The translations under genes and the position numbers were made by a program. DNA of 46,991 nucleotides from positions 1-46,991 of the IMG/VR virus record IMGVR_UViG_3300005662_000071; one strand, 5' to 3'. The stretch comes from a virus. Taxonomy: Duplodnaviria; Caudoviricetes. Positions 38,101 to 46,991 of this stretch are shown one piece after another. How positions within the stretch are numbered: position 1 is the first letter of the stretch; the number at the start of each line of letters is the position of its first letter. Under the pieces are notes generated by a model that ran no database searches, was not told the DNA's origin, and saw only the letters and a list, made by a program, of their open reading frames with translations.

Positions 38101-41100
38101 ATATTCTAAAAGTAGTTTCACTTACAATTTCAATTACATAGTAGGTAAAATCAACAGCAATATTACCAAAAGTAATTCCTGTAAAGATTACAGGCATGTT
38201 GACTCTTAGTTTTTCTGTGCTTGAAACTGTTATGATGTTCTCAACTCCGCCGACGGTGCTGATAACAGGCAAACTATCAATAGAAGTTGCTGTAACAGTT
38301 GTTGAATAATAGGTAGGTATAAATTGTACTGGCATGTCTACATATAGACTGCTAGTATTAGGTGTACTAAATGCATCAGTATCTGCCGCAGATGACCCGA
38401 TTGCTAGTGGAGTAAACGACTCTTTTAACACGTATAGGTACTTAAATGTACTTTCATATGAACTAACATAACCGTATTGTCCTGCACCAGTGCCGCTGTT
38501 AATGAAACAACGCATACCGATTAGTTGGCTTTCTGTGTTAACGTTAGATCCTGCTAAAATTACATATTGAGCTGTGCCGCCCTGACTGTTATTACTAGCA
38601 GTCAAGTACCCACTACCGTTTTCAATTATCCTAGCTTGTGTTACTGCTCTAGATCTAGTCTCGCCACCAACAAGGACTGCGCCAGTACCTGCTCCTACAA
38701 CTGCAAAATCTGCATAACTTGTGTAGACGTTGGCATCTGTCTTAAGATAGAAAGACATTTGATTTGCAATTTCAGTTTGGAAACCATAGACTAATGTGTC
38801 AGCAGTCGAACCTGTTTTTCCTCTTGGGTAAACTCTAAATTGTAAGCTGGTATTGAGACCGGTTAAATCTCGAACTGTGAAATACAGTCTATACCAGCCA
38901 TCTGTTAATACTACTTTACCGTAGTTGATAGGCAAGTAGCCGCTGCCTTCTTGACTAGCCGGAGTTAATGTTTGATCAACAAAGTTAAATGTTAGGCTAC
39001 TACCTTTAGTACTAAAACCTGTAAACAATGCCCAAAGATCAACCGTTGGACTTGTACGCTGTTTAACGTGTACACTTAATGTGTAGTCAGTAACAGAACC
39101 TGCCGGAACTGTTCCAGTTGCAGTAATAGTCAATACTGAGCTTCCTGAAAGACTCTGCACTGTAATAGTAATATCGTTAATACCATCGATACCACCAACT
39201 TGGCTACCTGAAATTAACAACTGGTTTCCAACAACGTATCCAGTACTGCCGTAGTTAACACTAACTACGTAGGCTGTTGCGCCAACAACTACATCAAAGG
39301 AAGCAGGACCATTTAGGTCACCGGTACCTCCTGATCCAGTAATATTAGTAGTTGGCACTGCGGTAAATGACTGACCAGTTTGTTGTATTGCAACTGTTTG
39401 GTGAATAAAACTATTATCAGTGCCCGATGTAGTACCGCTAAGTGTCCATGCATCACTTAGGCCGGTTGGGCCTAATGAGTTTTGTGTAATATTAAGGCTA
39501 TCTGCTGTCCAAACTCCATTTAATAAACTATTACTGTGTTTGATAATGTTGGTTGTTGTTGTAAAATACTCTTGACCAGCATTTGTATAAGATAGTGCCA
39601 GCAACTGTGCTTCTGAACCAAAGCTACTTTGCACTGTGGCTGCGGCTTGGGTTGCTCTGTTAAAGACTCTACCAGTAATAGGATCTTCTGACAGATCGTA
39701 GCCTTCAGCAACTACACCATACGTACCGTATGAAGTATTTCCGTTGGTCGCACGTAACTTGCCACCATCTTCTGCAAAGTATCCAGCATAGCCAAAGTAT
39801 GAGAATACTGAAACTGCTTCGCAAACTGCGCCAGGTCCTTTGACCCATATACCAATACCGTCTGATAAAATTTGTGTATAATCGTTACAAACAATAGACT
39901 TATTGCCACCGTTGTGTAGATCGCCGTCAATCTTTAGACCTACGCAACCAACACCAAACGTACTAACGTTTTGAATGTATGGACTCTTTCTGCTGATCCA
40001 TGCTTCTGTATCATCGGGACCGGTGCCTGGATCTAAACTAACGTATGCGCCACCAGTTGGTCGACGTGTTAAGTATTGATTAATTGGTCCTAGTGTGCCT
40101 GCAAGACCAGTTAAAGTCATGTTACGAATGCCACTACCGTTTCTAACATAGAACATATCTTTGATTGCATCACCGCCGTAGATAGTCATTTCGCCGGTGC
40201 CCTGTGACAAGAATACTTCATTGCCAGGTCCTGACGGAGTTGAACGAATACTGAATTCAGTGGCTGTCACTGAAGTGCCAATTACATAATATCTTTGTCC
40301 TAATTGAACTCCACCGATCGCAGTTGTTCCTGCAAACATTACAGGAGTTCCGTCAACCATTCCTTCAGTTGTTAAAACTTTAAATTTGTTAGAGTTTGCG
40401 TTTGCTGATGTTATTAAACTATAGATACTAACTTTAGGTTGTACTACTGCACCTCTTAATTCGTCACCGTTTAGTGCAACGTTAGCTGGAACTATAATAG
40501 GAAGTGTTTCCTTGTATGTGCCAGTTTTAATCATAATAGTTGCAGTCAATCCTTGATTAGGTGCTGGTATTGCTTCTGTACTTTGTGTTTGAAGAGCTGT
40601 TAACAGTATGTCAAACAAATCGTTAATTTTTGCAGAAGCTCCTGGTTCTAAAACTTTGCTAGGATCAATAATTTGATCTACATAGTCCTCTTCGTCAACT
40701 TCATTCTGCTCTTGGAAGTCTATCTGAGGAGCTGTATTGATCAATACACTGCCTAACAACAATTGAGCACGTTGTAGGCCTGCAATAAAGTATGGAATAC
40801 GTGCGGCAGTGGTTGCATTAATAAATGTGTTAGGAAACTCTGGTGCAAAATATGCTAGAGTAGCTGCCACTGTTTGACTGTTTCCGCCACGAGAGATGTC
40901 ATAGATAATAGCATCTAAAACTAGTTTTGTATCTCGCTTAGTTTTTTCATTGTCGAACAATGTAGTATCGTTATCGTTTTCAAATAATAGATATTGTAGT
41001 ACATCGGCTGCAATAAACTCTTCGTTTAAGTCAATCAATGCTCTAGCATTTGGAAAGTTTGGTCCGTTTTTCACCTGTTGGCAAGCATAGGCAATACTTC

Positions 41101-42670
41101 TCCAAGGTTTATCAATAGAGAATCCGTAGCCAATTTGATCTGTACCAGTCGGACTTACGTAGTAAACTGCTGGTACAACGTTAATATTTCTCCAAGAAAT
41201 ATGTCCGTCTGACGATCTTAAAATAAAATCCTGTTCACCAACAGGGAACGCAACGGTCTTTTCACCGTCGTGGCTGGTAATATCTCCAATAGTGTTACCT
41301 GCGTTTTGTCTTGCGTGTAGTAAGAAGTCAATCCAATAGACGTGATCTGTGTCTAGATCCGGACGTAGCATAGATGCTGATGTATGATTTCTTACACAAC
41401 GATAGGTTGCATTGGACCAAATAGCAAGGTCGCCGACAATATAGTCAGTTTCATTAGTCCAAAATTTTCTCCAAGTAGCGCCAGGTGTAACCATTTTCCA
41501 GTAGGCATAGTTTACACCAACAAAGTCTACAGTAGCTTCGTCTGCTATAACTCCGTCTGGGCCTGCATCGAGTACTATTGTTGTGTTGTTGGTAACAGTT
41601 ACTACACTTTGAAATCTAGAAAATGCAGGATGATTAACCATCATACCAACTACAACACCTGTAGTGTTATCAACTTTGAATGTTTTTCCTGAACTACCTG
41701 TGGCAGTGTATACTTTTTGTACAATAAATGCTGTAGGATCTTGCCCTTGATTGTCAGAAACGGCTTCGTAAAGTCGGCCGCTTCGTCTTACAATATCGCC
41801 AACGCGGTAGCCAACTCCGGAACTCCAGTCACCTTGCATTTTATAACCAGTGGTTAGTAACGCCCAGTCGTTTGAATCTGTTGAAGGAATTTGATTTACG
41901 TTGTTAACGGTCTTGCTAACATAAGAATATCCACCATAGATAATAGCATCACCAGGCTGATACACTGTTGTTTCGGACCAGGTTGTTCCAAATTCAAAAC
42001 CTGGTAACCATTCTATAAACTTAGTCGGGTCGATGTTTCCTGAACTAGTATGGCCTTCTGTGCAAATATAAAGACCTGGACCGTTCTTAACAATGTCGTT
42101 CTTTCTATAACGACGAGCAGTGATATAGTCACCTTTGTAGTCAATACCATCATTGACGATTTCCCACTTGGCTTGATCTACTTCAAGACCTAGTGCAGTA
42201 GTTGCAGATGATAAGTGATTTACAATACAACGATACACAATGCCGCCGTAGCGAACAAGGTCTCCCACACCGTAGGCATAGTTAGGATTCCACTGGATGT
42301 TCCAGTTATCAAATTTAGAAAATGTAGTAAATTTAGTTAGGTCAATAGCATTGCCGGTGCTAGTATGTGCTGTTGTACAAACATACACAATACCACCAAA
42401 CTTTACAATGTTGCCTAAACTATAAAGTTCAGCTGTTTGCCAATCACCCTGCCATACACGGCCATCGAGCATCAAGCTCCAGAATGGTGTAGGACCTTGT
42501 ATAGGATCTGAAGCGTATAGAGCTGAATAAAAATCAGTAGATGTATGTGGCTCTAAGCACACAAACGTTTTACCGTTATACTGGATTACCGCGTCTCTAT
42601 TGTAAAATGTTGCAGTTGCCCACTGGCCACGCCAGGTGTAACGCAATCTACCAATTTTAAATTCTGCCAT
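35126..42670 (-). CDS. Giant modular virion/tail fibre protein (2514 aa), paralog of 25871-35086
   Basis: MAEFKIGRLRYTWRGQW vs MAEFKLGRIRFVWQGDW; shared DMFYVRN..G.RNMTL, GAYVSLDPG.GP.D, RATNGN.SYGTYG and YSQVRLTGHD blocks. Confidence 0.8.
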   Translation of the reverse strand: MAEFKIGRLRYTWRGQWATATFYNRDAVIQYNGKTFVCLEPHTSTDFYSALYASDPIQGPTPFWSLMLDGRVWQGDWQTAELYSLGNIVKFGGIVYVCTTAHTSTGNAIDLTKFTTFSKFDNWNIQWNPNYAYGVGDLVRYGGIVYRCIVNHLSSATTALGLEVDQAKWEIVNDGIDYKGDYITARRYRKNDIVKNGPGLYICTEGHTSSGNIDPTKFIEWLPGFEFGTTWSETTVYQPGDAIIYGGYSYVSKTVNNVNQIPSTDSNDWALLTTGYKMQGDWSSGVGYRVGDIVRRSGRLYEAVSDNQGQDPTAFIVQKVYTATGSSGKTFKVDNTTGVVVGMMVNHPAFSRFQSVVTVTNNTTIVLDAGPDGVIADEATVDFVGVNYAYWKMVTPGATWRKFWTNETDYIVGDLAIWSNATYRCVRNHTSASMLRPDLDTDHVYWIDFLLHARQNAGNTIGDITSHDGEKTVAFPVGEQDFILRSSDGHISWRNINVVPAVYYVSPTGTDQIGYGFSIDKPWRSIAYACQQVKNGPNFPNARALIDLNEEFIAADVLQYLLFENDNDTTLFDNEKTKRDTKLVLDAIIYDISRGGNSQTVAATLAYFAPEFPNTFINATTAARIPYFIAGLQRAQLLLGSVLINTAPQIDFQEQNEVDEEDYVDQIIDPSKVLEPGASAKINDLFDILLTALQTQSTEAIPAPNQGLTATIMIKTGTYKETLPIIVPANVALNGDELRGAVVQPKVSIYSLITSANANSNKFKVLTTEGMVDGTPVMFAGTTAIGGVQLGQRYYVIGTSVTATEFSIRSTPSGPGNEVFLSQGTGEMTIYGGDAIKDMFYVRNGSGIRNMTLTGLAGTLGPINQYLTRRPTGGAYVSLDPGTGPDDTEAWISRKSPYIQNVSTFGVGCVGLKIDGDLHNGGNKSIVCNDYTQILSDGIGIWVKGPGAVCEAVSVFSYFGYAGYFAEDGGKLRATNGNTSYGTYGVVAEGYDLSEDPITGRVFNRATQAAATVQSSFGSEAQLLALSYTNAGQEYFTTTTNIIKHSNSLLNGVWTADSLNITQNSLGPTGLSDAWTLSGTTSGTDNSFIHQTVAIQQTGQSFTAVPTTNITGSGGTGDLNGPASFDVVVGATAYVVSVNYGSTGYVVGNQLLISGSQVGGIDGINDITITVQSLSGSSVLTITATGTVPAGSVTDYTLSVHVKQRTSPTVDLWALFTGFSTKGSSLTFNFVDQTLTPASQEGSGYLPINYGKVVLTDGWYRLYFTVRDLTGLNTSLQFRVYPRGKTGSTADTLVYGFQTEIANQMSFYLKTDANVYTSYADFAVVGAGTGAVLVGGETRSRAVTQARIIENGSGYLTASNNSQGGTAQYVILAGSNVNTESQLIGMRCFINSGTGAGQYGYVSSYESTFKYLYVLKESFTPLAIGSSAADTDAFSTPNTSSLYVDMPVQFIPTYYSTTVTATSIDSLPVISTVGGVENIITVSSTEKLRVNMPVIFTGITFGNIAVDFTYYVIEIVSETTFRISNEQFGNEWLLVSASGSEMDINFPSNTNYITAGSTDNMLLHMPVNFTGESTGGITTAVRYYIKDIIDATTFTIADTLLTTTVTATNATGSAITAGSTADLNLLDPIVFDTAFGGLTKDTKYYVSKILGGTTFTVASQVINAVASETQTTTNLIFVDSTAGFVANNPIRFIGNQFGNLVPGNIYYILAVNDGVSFTVSGTPGGGAVNQINATGYMTAQTAPAPVEVTTETGGSVTASFTNAIETLTADYGAMNASFSTSLFGGISKGVTYYVRTITASSFTVTTIPGGNSDVALTAATGSMNVAEVGWDHINPGSEIESALDSSTVYFIEPRTQFLSPEFSQTSATLPTLATGTTYVDIMHGPGQFIAIPSANSIFARSTDGATWTALGVPTQAEWTAGAYGNSYYVVISQNGGMTESNSKVIYSASNGATWKVGALPSKTTWNRLAYGDGKFVAIATGTASSAYSNTYGATWSAGSGLPNAAWSGLAYGAGKFVAVAGSGTTAAYSTNGTSWAASTLPSNTNWSDIAFGNGIFVAVSSDGANTAVTTDGINWRQSNLPITASKIVYGQGVFLATPASGTTAYTSEDGIRWKTRSVTADAYGATAFGFMGANYIGTFVSAAGQSVGSTMFAGTTTKGRLTVVSGEVISMAIWEPGSNYSSTPELTVTDPNASHLAGVLVRSANGVLANPTFVNRGTGYNTNSTSITVSGNGFADAYQTGFKLVCTELTRLPRPGDNLIIGSETVSYKITNATAMFGTVAPNIMATLDVAPDISRARSPDHLDDVTIRTQYSQVRLTGHDFLNIGYGNKEQSNYPGFPQDTELAPQDQVIESNNGRVFYTSTDQDGNFRVGGLFNVEQATGIITISATQFGLEGLDQLSLGGIAVGGAGVVIRQFSTDSTFVANSNNTVPTQKAIKAYLTGRLSQGGSNTFTGQTTAGVIRIGGPDKIENTIPEGQNGSSIKMINKVVVAGDSAAWAGDGLALQYFIKTWWRR

Positions 42671-42698
42671 TTTCTAAATTCCTTATCTATTCTATTAC

Positions 42699-43070
42699 TT
42701 ATGAAATCTGTGAGTCAGGTTGGTACGGATATGTTTCATTAACTCGCACTACGAATTCGCCATTATCATTGATGTAATAGAAAATATTTTTGTTGTCCCA
42801 ACGATATTGATCAAAGTATAAATTCTCATATGGTCGACTGTGATCTTCATCCAATCTTCCGTCAAAGAAATCAACACCGTATTCAAAATCGCTAAAATCA
42901 TTTTGATTTAAACCTGGATTATTAATAACAATAGTTCCGGTATCTTTCAATTGATCTATTTTTGCAAAGTATAATAGACCTTGTTCGTCTCTACGAAGTG
43001 CGTAGAAATATCTAGGATTGTCTGATCCTAAAATATCTGCAATATTGGTTTGACCTGCATAATATGACAT
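42699..43070 (-). CDS. Hypothetical protein (acidic, Tyr-rich) in the structural block
   Basis: 123-aa ORF with AGGA RBS, collinear with its neighbours. Confidence 0.7.
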   Translation of the reverse strand: MSYYAGQTNIADILGSDNPRYFYALRRDEQGLLYFAKIDQLKDTGTIVINNPGLNQNDFSDFEYGVDFFDGRLDEDHSRPYENLYFDQYRWDNKNIFYYINDNGEFVVRVNETYPYQPDSQIS

Positions 43071-43081
43071 AATAGTATTCC

Positions 43082-43414
43082 TTAGATTATTTCAACGTAG
43101 CTTAGAACACAGTCTAAACTTTCTTCTGCACTTGATGCAATTTTAACACTGGTTGATGGTCCTAGAACTAGTCTTTCACCGCCATTGATAACTCTTAAAC
43201 TTTGGTTAGGTGGAACTACTGTTTCTTTTAAGAAGAATGCAGTATCGTTTGTTACACCGTCAACTAGTTTAACGCTGGCTAGCACAATACTACTGCCTAG
43301 GTTAGTTAAACTTAGACCTACTACAGTAGTCTTAGCGTTTGCTTCTGTGGTCAATACAGTTTCTTCTGTAATGCCAATTTCTGATTTTAATTTGTTTTTA
43401 AATAGGGTTGCCAT
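43082..43414 (-). CDS. Small beta-rich virion protein
   Basis: MATLFKNK..TTVVGLSLTN..VPPNQSL....GERLVL..SYVEI; typical small structural gene of T4-like phages. Confidence 0.65.
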   Translation of the reverse strand: MATLFKNKLKSEIGITEETVLTTEANAKTTVVGLSLTNLGSSIVLASVKLVDGVTNDTAFFLKETVVPPNQSLRVINGGERLVLGPSTSVKIASSAEESLDCVLSYVEII

Positions 43415-43420
43415 ATCTTA

Positions 43421-46400
43421 TTATCCTAGTGACAGTGCAAGAGCAATGCCAATGTCTGTTGCATCATTAAATGTTACACCTGAACTTGTACCTGCTACCG
43501 AAGTCCAAAGCTGACCGTTATATACTTCAACTAACTCAAAATCTGAGTTATATCGCATCATACCTTCTATCGGGTTTGCTGGTCTTTCTGTTGTAGAATT
43601 TCCTACAGGAATTCCAAACCCGCCGGTGCCAGCAAATTTTACATATCCTGTACCCTGCTGAACTATTTCTGTAACTGCATTAGGCACAACGTTAGTAATA
43701 GCATTATTTCTAAACTTTAAGTTACCTAATCTAACGCCGCCAGTACCGGATGTTAAAAATCTTATATCCTGATTAGCACTTAACGAGCTAATAGTGTTGT
43801 CAACTATGTCTAAACTATCAGTTTGGAATCTAGTTGCTTCCAACTGTGTCTGATTGATTGTAGCAGTTAGTGTACTGTTTGCATAGAAATACAAAGTATT
43901 ATCATTAGCACCTGGAGTTGCCTCAGGTTTAATATATGTATTACCGCTGATGTCTTGTACACCGCCTAACTGAATCCAATATGTACCGTTCCAACCTTCA
44001 AATCTAGACATGGTAGAATTAAATCTAATCATACCATTAGTCGGTGTAATTGGACGATCTCCGCTAGCACCTACTGGAATTTGTAAACTAGTAGCACTGT
44101 TTACAATTACACTGCCAGTTCCCTGCGGAGTTAAGGTAATGTCTGTATTAGCACTTACGCTTTGAATGTTGTTGTTGTTAAACTGAATACCTTCTGCAAC
44201 AACATTACCAGTACCATTGGCTTGTAATACTAAATCTAAGTCGGTAGTAGTAGTTTGGATAATGTTATTAGAGAATCTAACATCTTGAACATTAATCTGT
44301 CCGTTTGCACTGACTACATTAATCTCACCTGATAAACTTTCAATGGTATTGCCACTGATTTTAATGTTGCCGGTTGATACTTCTTGTGCATTAACAGTTG
44401 TAGTGTTAACACCATCTGTGAATACAAAGCCGTCGGTTGATGTGACATTGATTGTTTGGTTGTTAAACAATACTTCACCAGTTTTTTGATTAACATAAAA
44501 ACTGTCACCAACTTTAAAGTTACCTTCGTTGTCAACACTGGTATAATAAACCTTAGCGCCATTAAGTTCAACAACTTCGTTGGCAGGAATTCTATCTGTA
44601 GGGTCGTTATTTGATTTCTTGCCTGCACCAATATAGGCTAGGTTCTCAGAAATCAAATATAAAATACATCCTACGCCATCAGCATAGATACCATAGTTTC
44701 CGTAGACTGCCGCAGAGCCAATTGATCTTACTTCTGCGCCAAAGTCGTTATAGTCTGCAAAATTAATTGCAGTAGATGTTCCACCTGCACTGGTTCTCAA
44801 ATCTTGTGTGGTTAATCCGTCATCAACAAACAGTGTTGAATTATTTGATCCGTTAAAGTGTAATAGTAAAAATGTACTAGCATCACTGGTAAATGCCGCA
44901 GTGGGTGCAACAAATGTAGAAGTGTATCTTGGAACATCTCTACTGATTCTTACCTCATCAACATAGCCAGTAAATGTGTACAATCCGTTTGGATCTGCGC
45001 CTACTCTCAGTGGTCTTGCTGGATAGATATTGCCGTCAGTGTAGTTTGAACCAACTTGTGTTCCATTGATAAATGCTCGTGTAACTCCTGCACTTCTAGT
45101 TAGCGCAATATGAGTCCATGTGTTAATAGGAACTGATCCAACTGGGCCAATTCTATAATTGCCGTTGTAATAAAAATACAATGCATTAGTGTCTGTTAGA
45201 CCTAATATGATTCCGCTAGTGTCGGCACTGCCTGTTCTAAAATCAAATACTGTTCTATAAGTTCCTGTTGCAGTAGGATAAACCTGTGCTTCAACACAGA
45301 AGTCGCCAGTGCCAAATCCAAAATCTGGTTGCTCTGCTATGTTGATAAAATCGCCAGTACCGTCTAGTACTAAGCTAGCGGTACCAAATTTTTTCACTGA
45401 TTGACTTAACTTGGCATTGCCGTTTGCGTAGACAAGTTTACCAGTTCTATCCTGTAGTGTTTCAAACCCTAGAGACTTTCCGCTAATATTAACAAAGTTG
45501 TCTGTGATACTTTCAATAACCCCAGACGCTAAAACTGTTGTGCCGTCTGTATCGTAATATGATAAAGTGTTACCTACTGCCCAAGTACCTACACGATTGT
45601 TGATTCTTAAACGTGTCTTACCAGCGCCTGCAATACCAGCACTGCCAGAAATTACCTGCATACTCTTATCAGCAAAGTAGGTAAATGAATTTAACCATTC
45701 AATTCTAGCACCGTTAATAGCATTAATTCCAAGAGCGCCTGGCACAATAAAAGTCACACTGTGGAATAACATTGCGGCTTCATTGGATGCAACTGTAGCG
45801 GCTGAGCCGTCAATATAAGCGCCATGGCCTGCGTCACCTTGATCAAATCCCAAAGGATCTGCTAGAGTTGTTACTGATCCTCTAGTTATAACTGTCGTGT
45901 TTCTAACGTATGGACTGCGGCTTGTTACTGTAAAGTTTGTTGCAAATTTAAAAGCATATCCTGGACTAAAGAAATCAGCAACAGTTAGTTCTTCAACTAG
46001 TGTTTCACCGTTGAGTAAAAATGCATCGTTGTTTTTTGTAGCAACTGTTGGTTTAATTTTTGTTGCACGGATTCCTGCACCTTTAACGCTAACACCAACT
46101 GGCACTGTTAAGGGGAATATTTCTTCATAATCGCCTGGATAAATGTAAACTGTTGTGCCAGTTGTTGCCTGACTTAAGGCATGCTTAACTGTTAAAAACG
46201 GATCCGATTCTCTTGTACCGCTGTTGCCGTTACTACCGTTTTTACTAACATATAAGATATTGCCTTGAGGTAAAATTAAATTTATACCATCCACTACAAT
46301 ATCGTCTGTAGTGATAGACTGTGCAATAATATTTTCAACATAGATGTCGGCCCATTTTTTAGTTGGGCTACCTAACATGTAGGTGTTATGTACATCTGGA

Positions 46401-46921
46401 ACTATGTCGCTGATAATTTCAGCATTAAAACTAACGCTATCTGTATCAGCATTACCAATAATAATATTGCCGTCTGCGGTAATAGTTCCAGTAGCGTGGA
46501 CATTACCATCTACTTCAACATTGCTATGAATATTAACAACACCTGTACCGTTAGTACGAATAGTGATGTCGTCAAGACTTTCAATAGTATTACCAGTTAT
46601 GGTTAAATCGTCAACTTGAATCTTACCTTGATACACTACAGGGTTTGCACCTGTAGGCTCAAGATTAATAGTTGTTGACGAACTTGAAATTGTGTTGCCT
46701 GAAATAGTAAATGTTGCTAGATCAGCTTGATCATCTACTATGAGGTCTGTTGTACGGCTAGTACCGTTTACAGTTAAGTGGTCGCTAGGAGTAGTTGTCT
46801 TGATACCAATACGGCCGTTATTTACATCTAGGTATAATAGGTCGTTCTCAAAGGCTAAATCAACTCCATCGCGAAGCAGATTTGCTTTTAAGAGCGGCCC
46901 GGAAATTCGACCAACAGCCAT
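43421..46921 (-). CDS. Tail fibre-like protein with beta-helix and LamG/ConA-like domain (1166 aa)
   Basis: YVSKNGSN..PFLTVKHAL beta-helix start; DFGFGTGDFCVE..WTHIALTR..FING..GYVDEVRIS LamG-like segment; two GM.R(F/Y)N..(F/V)E.(W/Y)NG..W modules; AAGGAG RBS. Confidence 0.8.
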   Translation of the reverse strand: MAVGRISGPLLKANLLRDGVDLAFENDLLYLDVNNGRIGIKTTTPSDHLTVNGTSRTTDLIVDDQADLATFTISGNTISSSSTTINLEPTGANPVVYQGKIQVDDLTITGNTIESLDDITIRTNGTGVVNIHSNVEVDGNVHATGTITADGNIIIGNADTDSVSFNAEIISDIVPDVHNTYMLGSPTKKWADIYVENIIAQSITTDDIVVDGINLILPQGNILYVSKNGSNGNSGTRESDPFLTVKHALSQATTGTTVYIYPGDYEEIFPLTVPVGVSVKGAGIRATKIKPTVATKNNDAFLLNGETLVEELTVADFFSPGYAFKFATNFTVTSRSPYVRNTTVITRGSVTTLADPLGFDQGDAGHGAYIDGSAATVASNEAAMLFHSVTFIVPGALGINAINGARIEWLNSFTYFADKSMQVISGSAGIAGAGKTRLRINNRVGTWAVGNTLSYYDTDGTTVLASGVIESITDNFVNISGKSLGFETLQDRTGKLVYANGNAKLSQSVKKFGTASLVLDGTGDFINIAEQPDFGFGTGDFCVEAQVYPTATGTYRTVFDFRTGSADTSGIILGLTDTNALYFYYNGNYRIGPVGSVPINTWTHIALTRSAGVTRAFINGTQVGSNYTDGNIYPARPLRVGADPNGLYTFTGYVDEVRISRDVPRYTSTFVAPTAAFTSDASTFLLLHFNGSNNSTLFVDDGLTTQDLRTSAGGTSTAINFADYNDFGAEVRSIGSAAVYGNYGIYADGVGCILYLISENLAYIGAGKKSNNDPTDRIPANEVVELNGAKVYYTSVDNEGNFKVGDSFYVNQKTGEVLFNNQTINVTSTDGFVFTDGVNTTTVNAQEVSTGNIKISGNTIESLSGEINVVSANGQINVQDVRFSNNIIQTTTTDLDLVLQANGTGNVVAEGIQFNNNNIQSVSANTDITLTPQGTGSVIVNSATSLQIPVGASGDRPITPTNGMIRFNSTMSRFEGWNGTYWIQLGGVQDISGNTYIKPEATPGANDNTLYFYANSTLTATINQTQLEATRFQTDSLDIVDNTISSLSANQDIRFLTSGTGGVRLGNLKFRNNAITNVVPNAVTEIVQQGTGYVKFAGTGGFGIPVGNSTTERPANPIEGMMRYNSDFELVEVYNGQLWTSVAGTSSGVTFNDATDIGIALALSLG

Positions 46922-46991
46922 ATGCGCTCCTTTTGACCCCGTGTTTCACGGTTAACCACCTTACATTGCGGGTTTACCACAGTTGAACCAT

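Noticed and set aside
351-46955. Short ORFs in the track that are antisense to or nested in long genes (e.g. 629-988, 11174-11530, 22646-22984, 35031-35480, 43185-43514)
   Set aside because: Shadow frames of well-supported genes, with no RBS or recognisable motifs.
1-46991. Stop-codon reassignment as seen in some large phages
   Set aside because: Very long ORFs are intact in the standard code, and TAA and TGA stops coincide with clean gene boundaries and ATGA overlaps.
1-46991. tRNA genes, CRISPR arrays or IS elements
   Set aside because: Intergenic gaps are mostly about 100 nt or less and show no cloverleaf, repeat-spacer pattern or transposase.

Overview
A 47-kb segment of a large T4-like (myovirus) bacteriophage genome, read in the standard genetic code. 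The left end (1-5.1 kb) holds the start of a probable tail sheath gene, an HNH-like protein, a dNMP kinase, gp13/gp14/gp15-like neck and tail-completion genes and a NUDIX hydrolase. The right half (21.6-46.9 kb, minus strand) is a tail fibre/virion block with three giant modular proteins (1166, 2514 and 3071 aa), small structural proteins, and three paralogous Gly/His-rich fibre or adhesin-like proteins. Between them (5.1-21.5 kb) is a dense island of about 13 Fe(II)/2-oxoglutarate or cupin-type oxygenases (one JmjC/ROX-like), 4 flavin-dependent tryptophan-halogenase-family enzymes and 2 paralogous unknown proteins, arranged mainly as two convergent, translationally coupled operons. The larger operon has its own perfect T4-type late promoter (TATAAATA) just past the terminator of the fibre block. 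The best candidate for an undescribed system is therefore a late-expressed hydroxylation/halogenation machinery that modifies the phage's own virion proteins, possibly the adjacent His-rich fibres; this is inference and has not been demonstrated. No tRNA, rRNA, CRISPR array or transposase was recognised. Family calls come from motif recognition by eye, without database searches.
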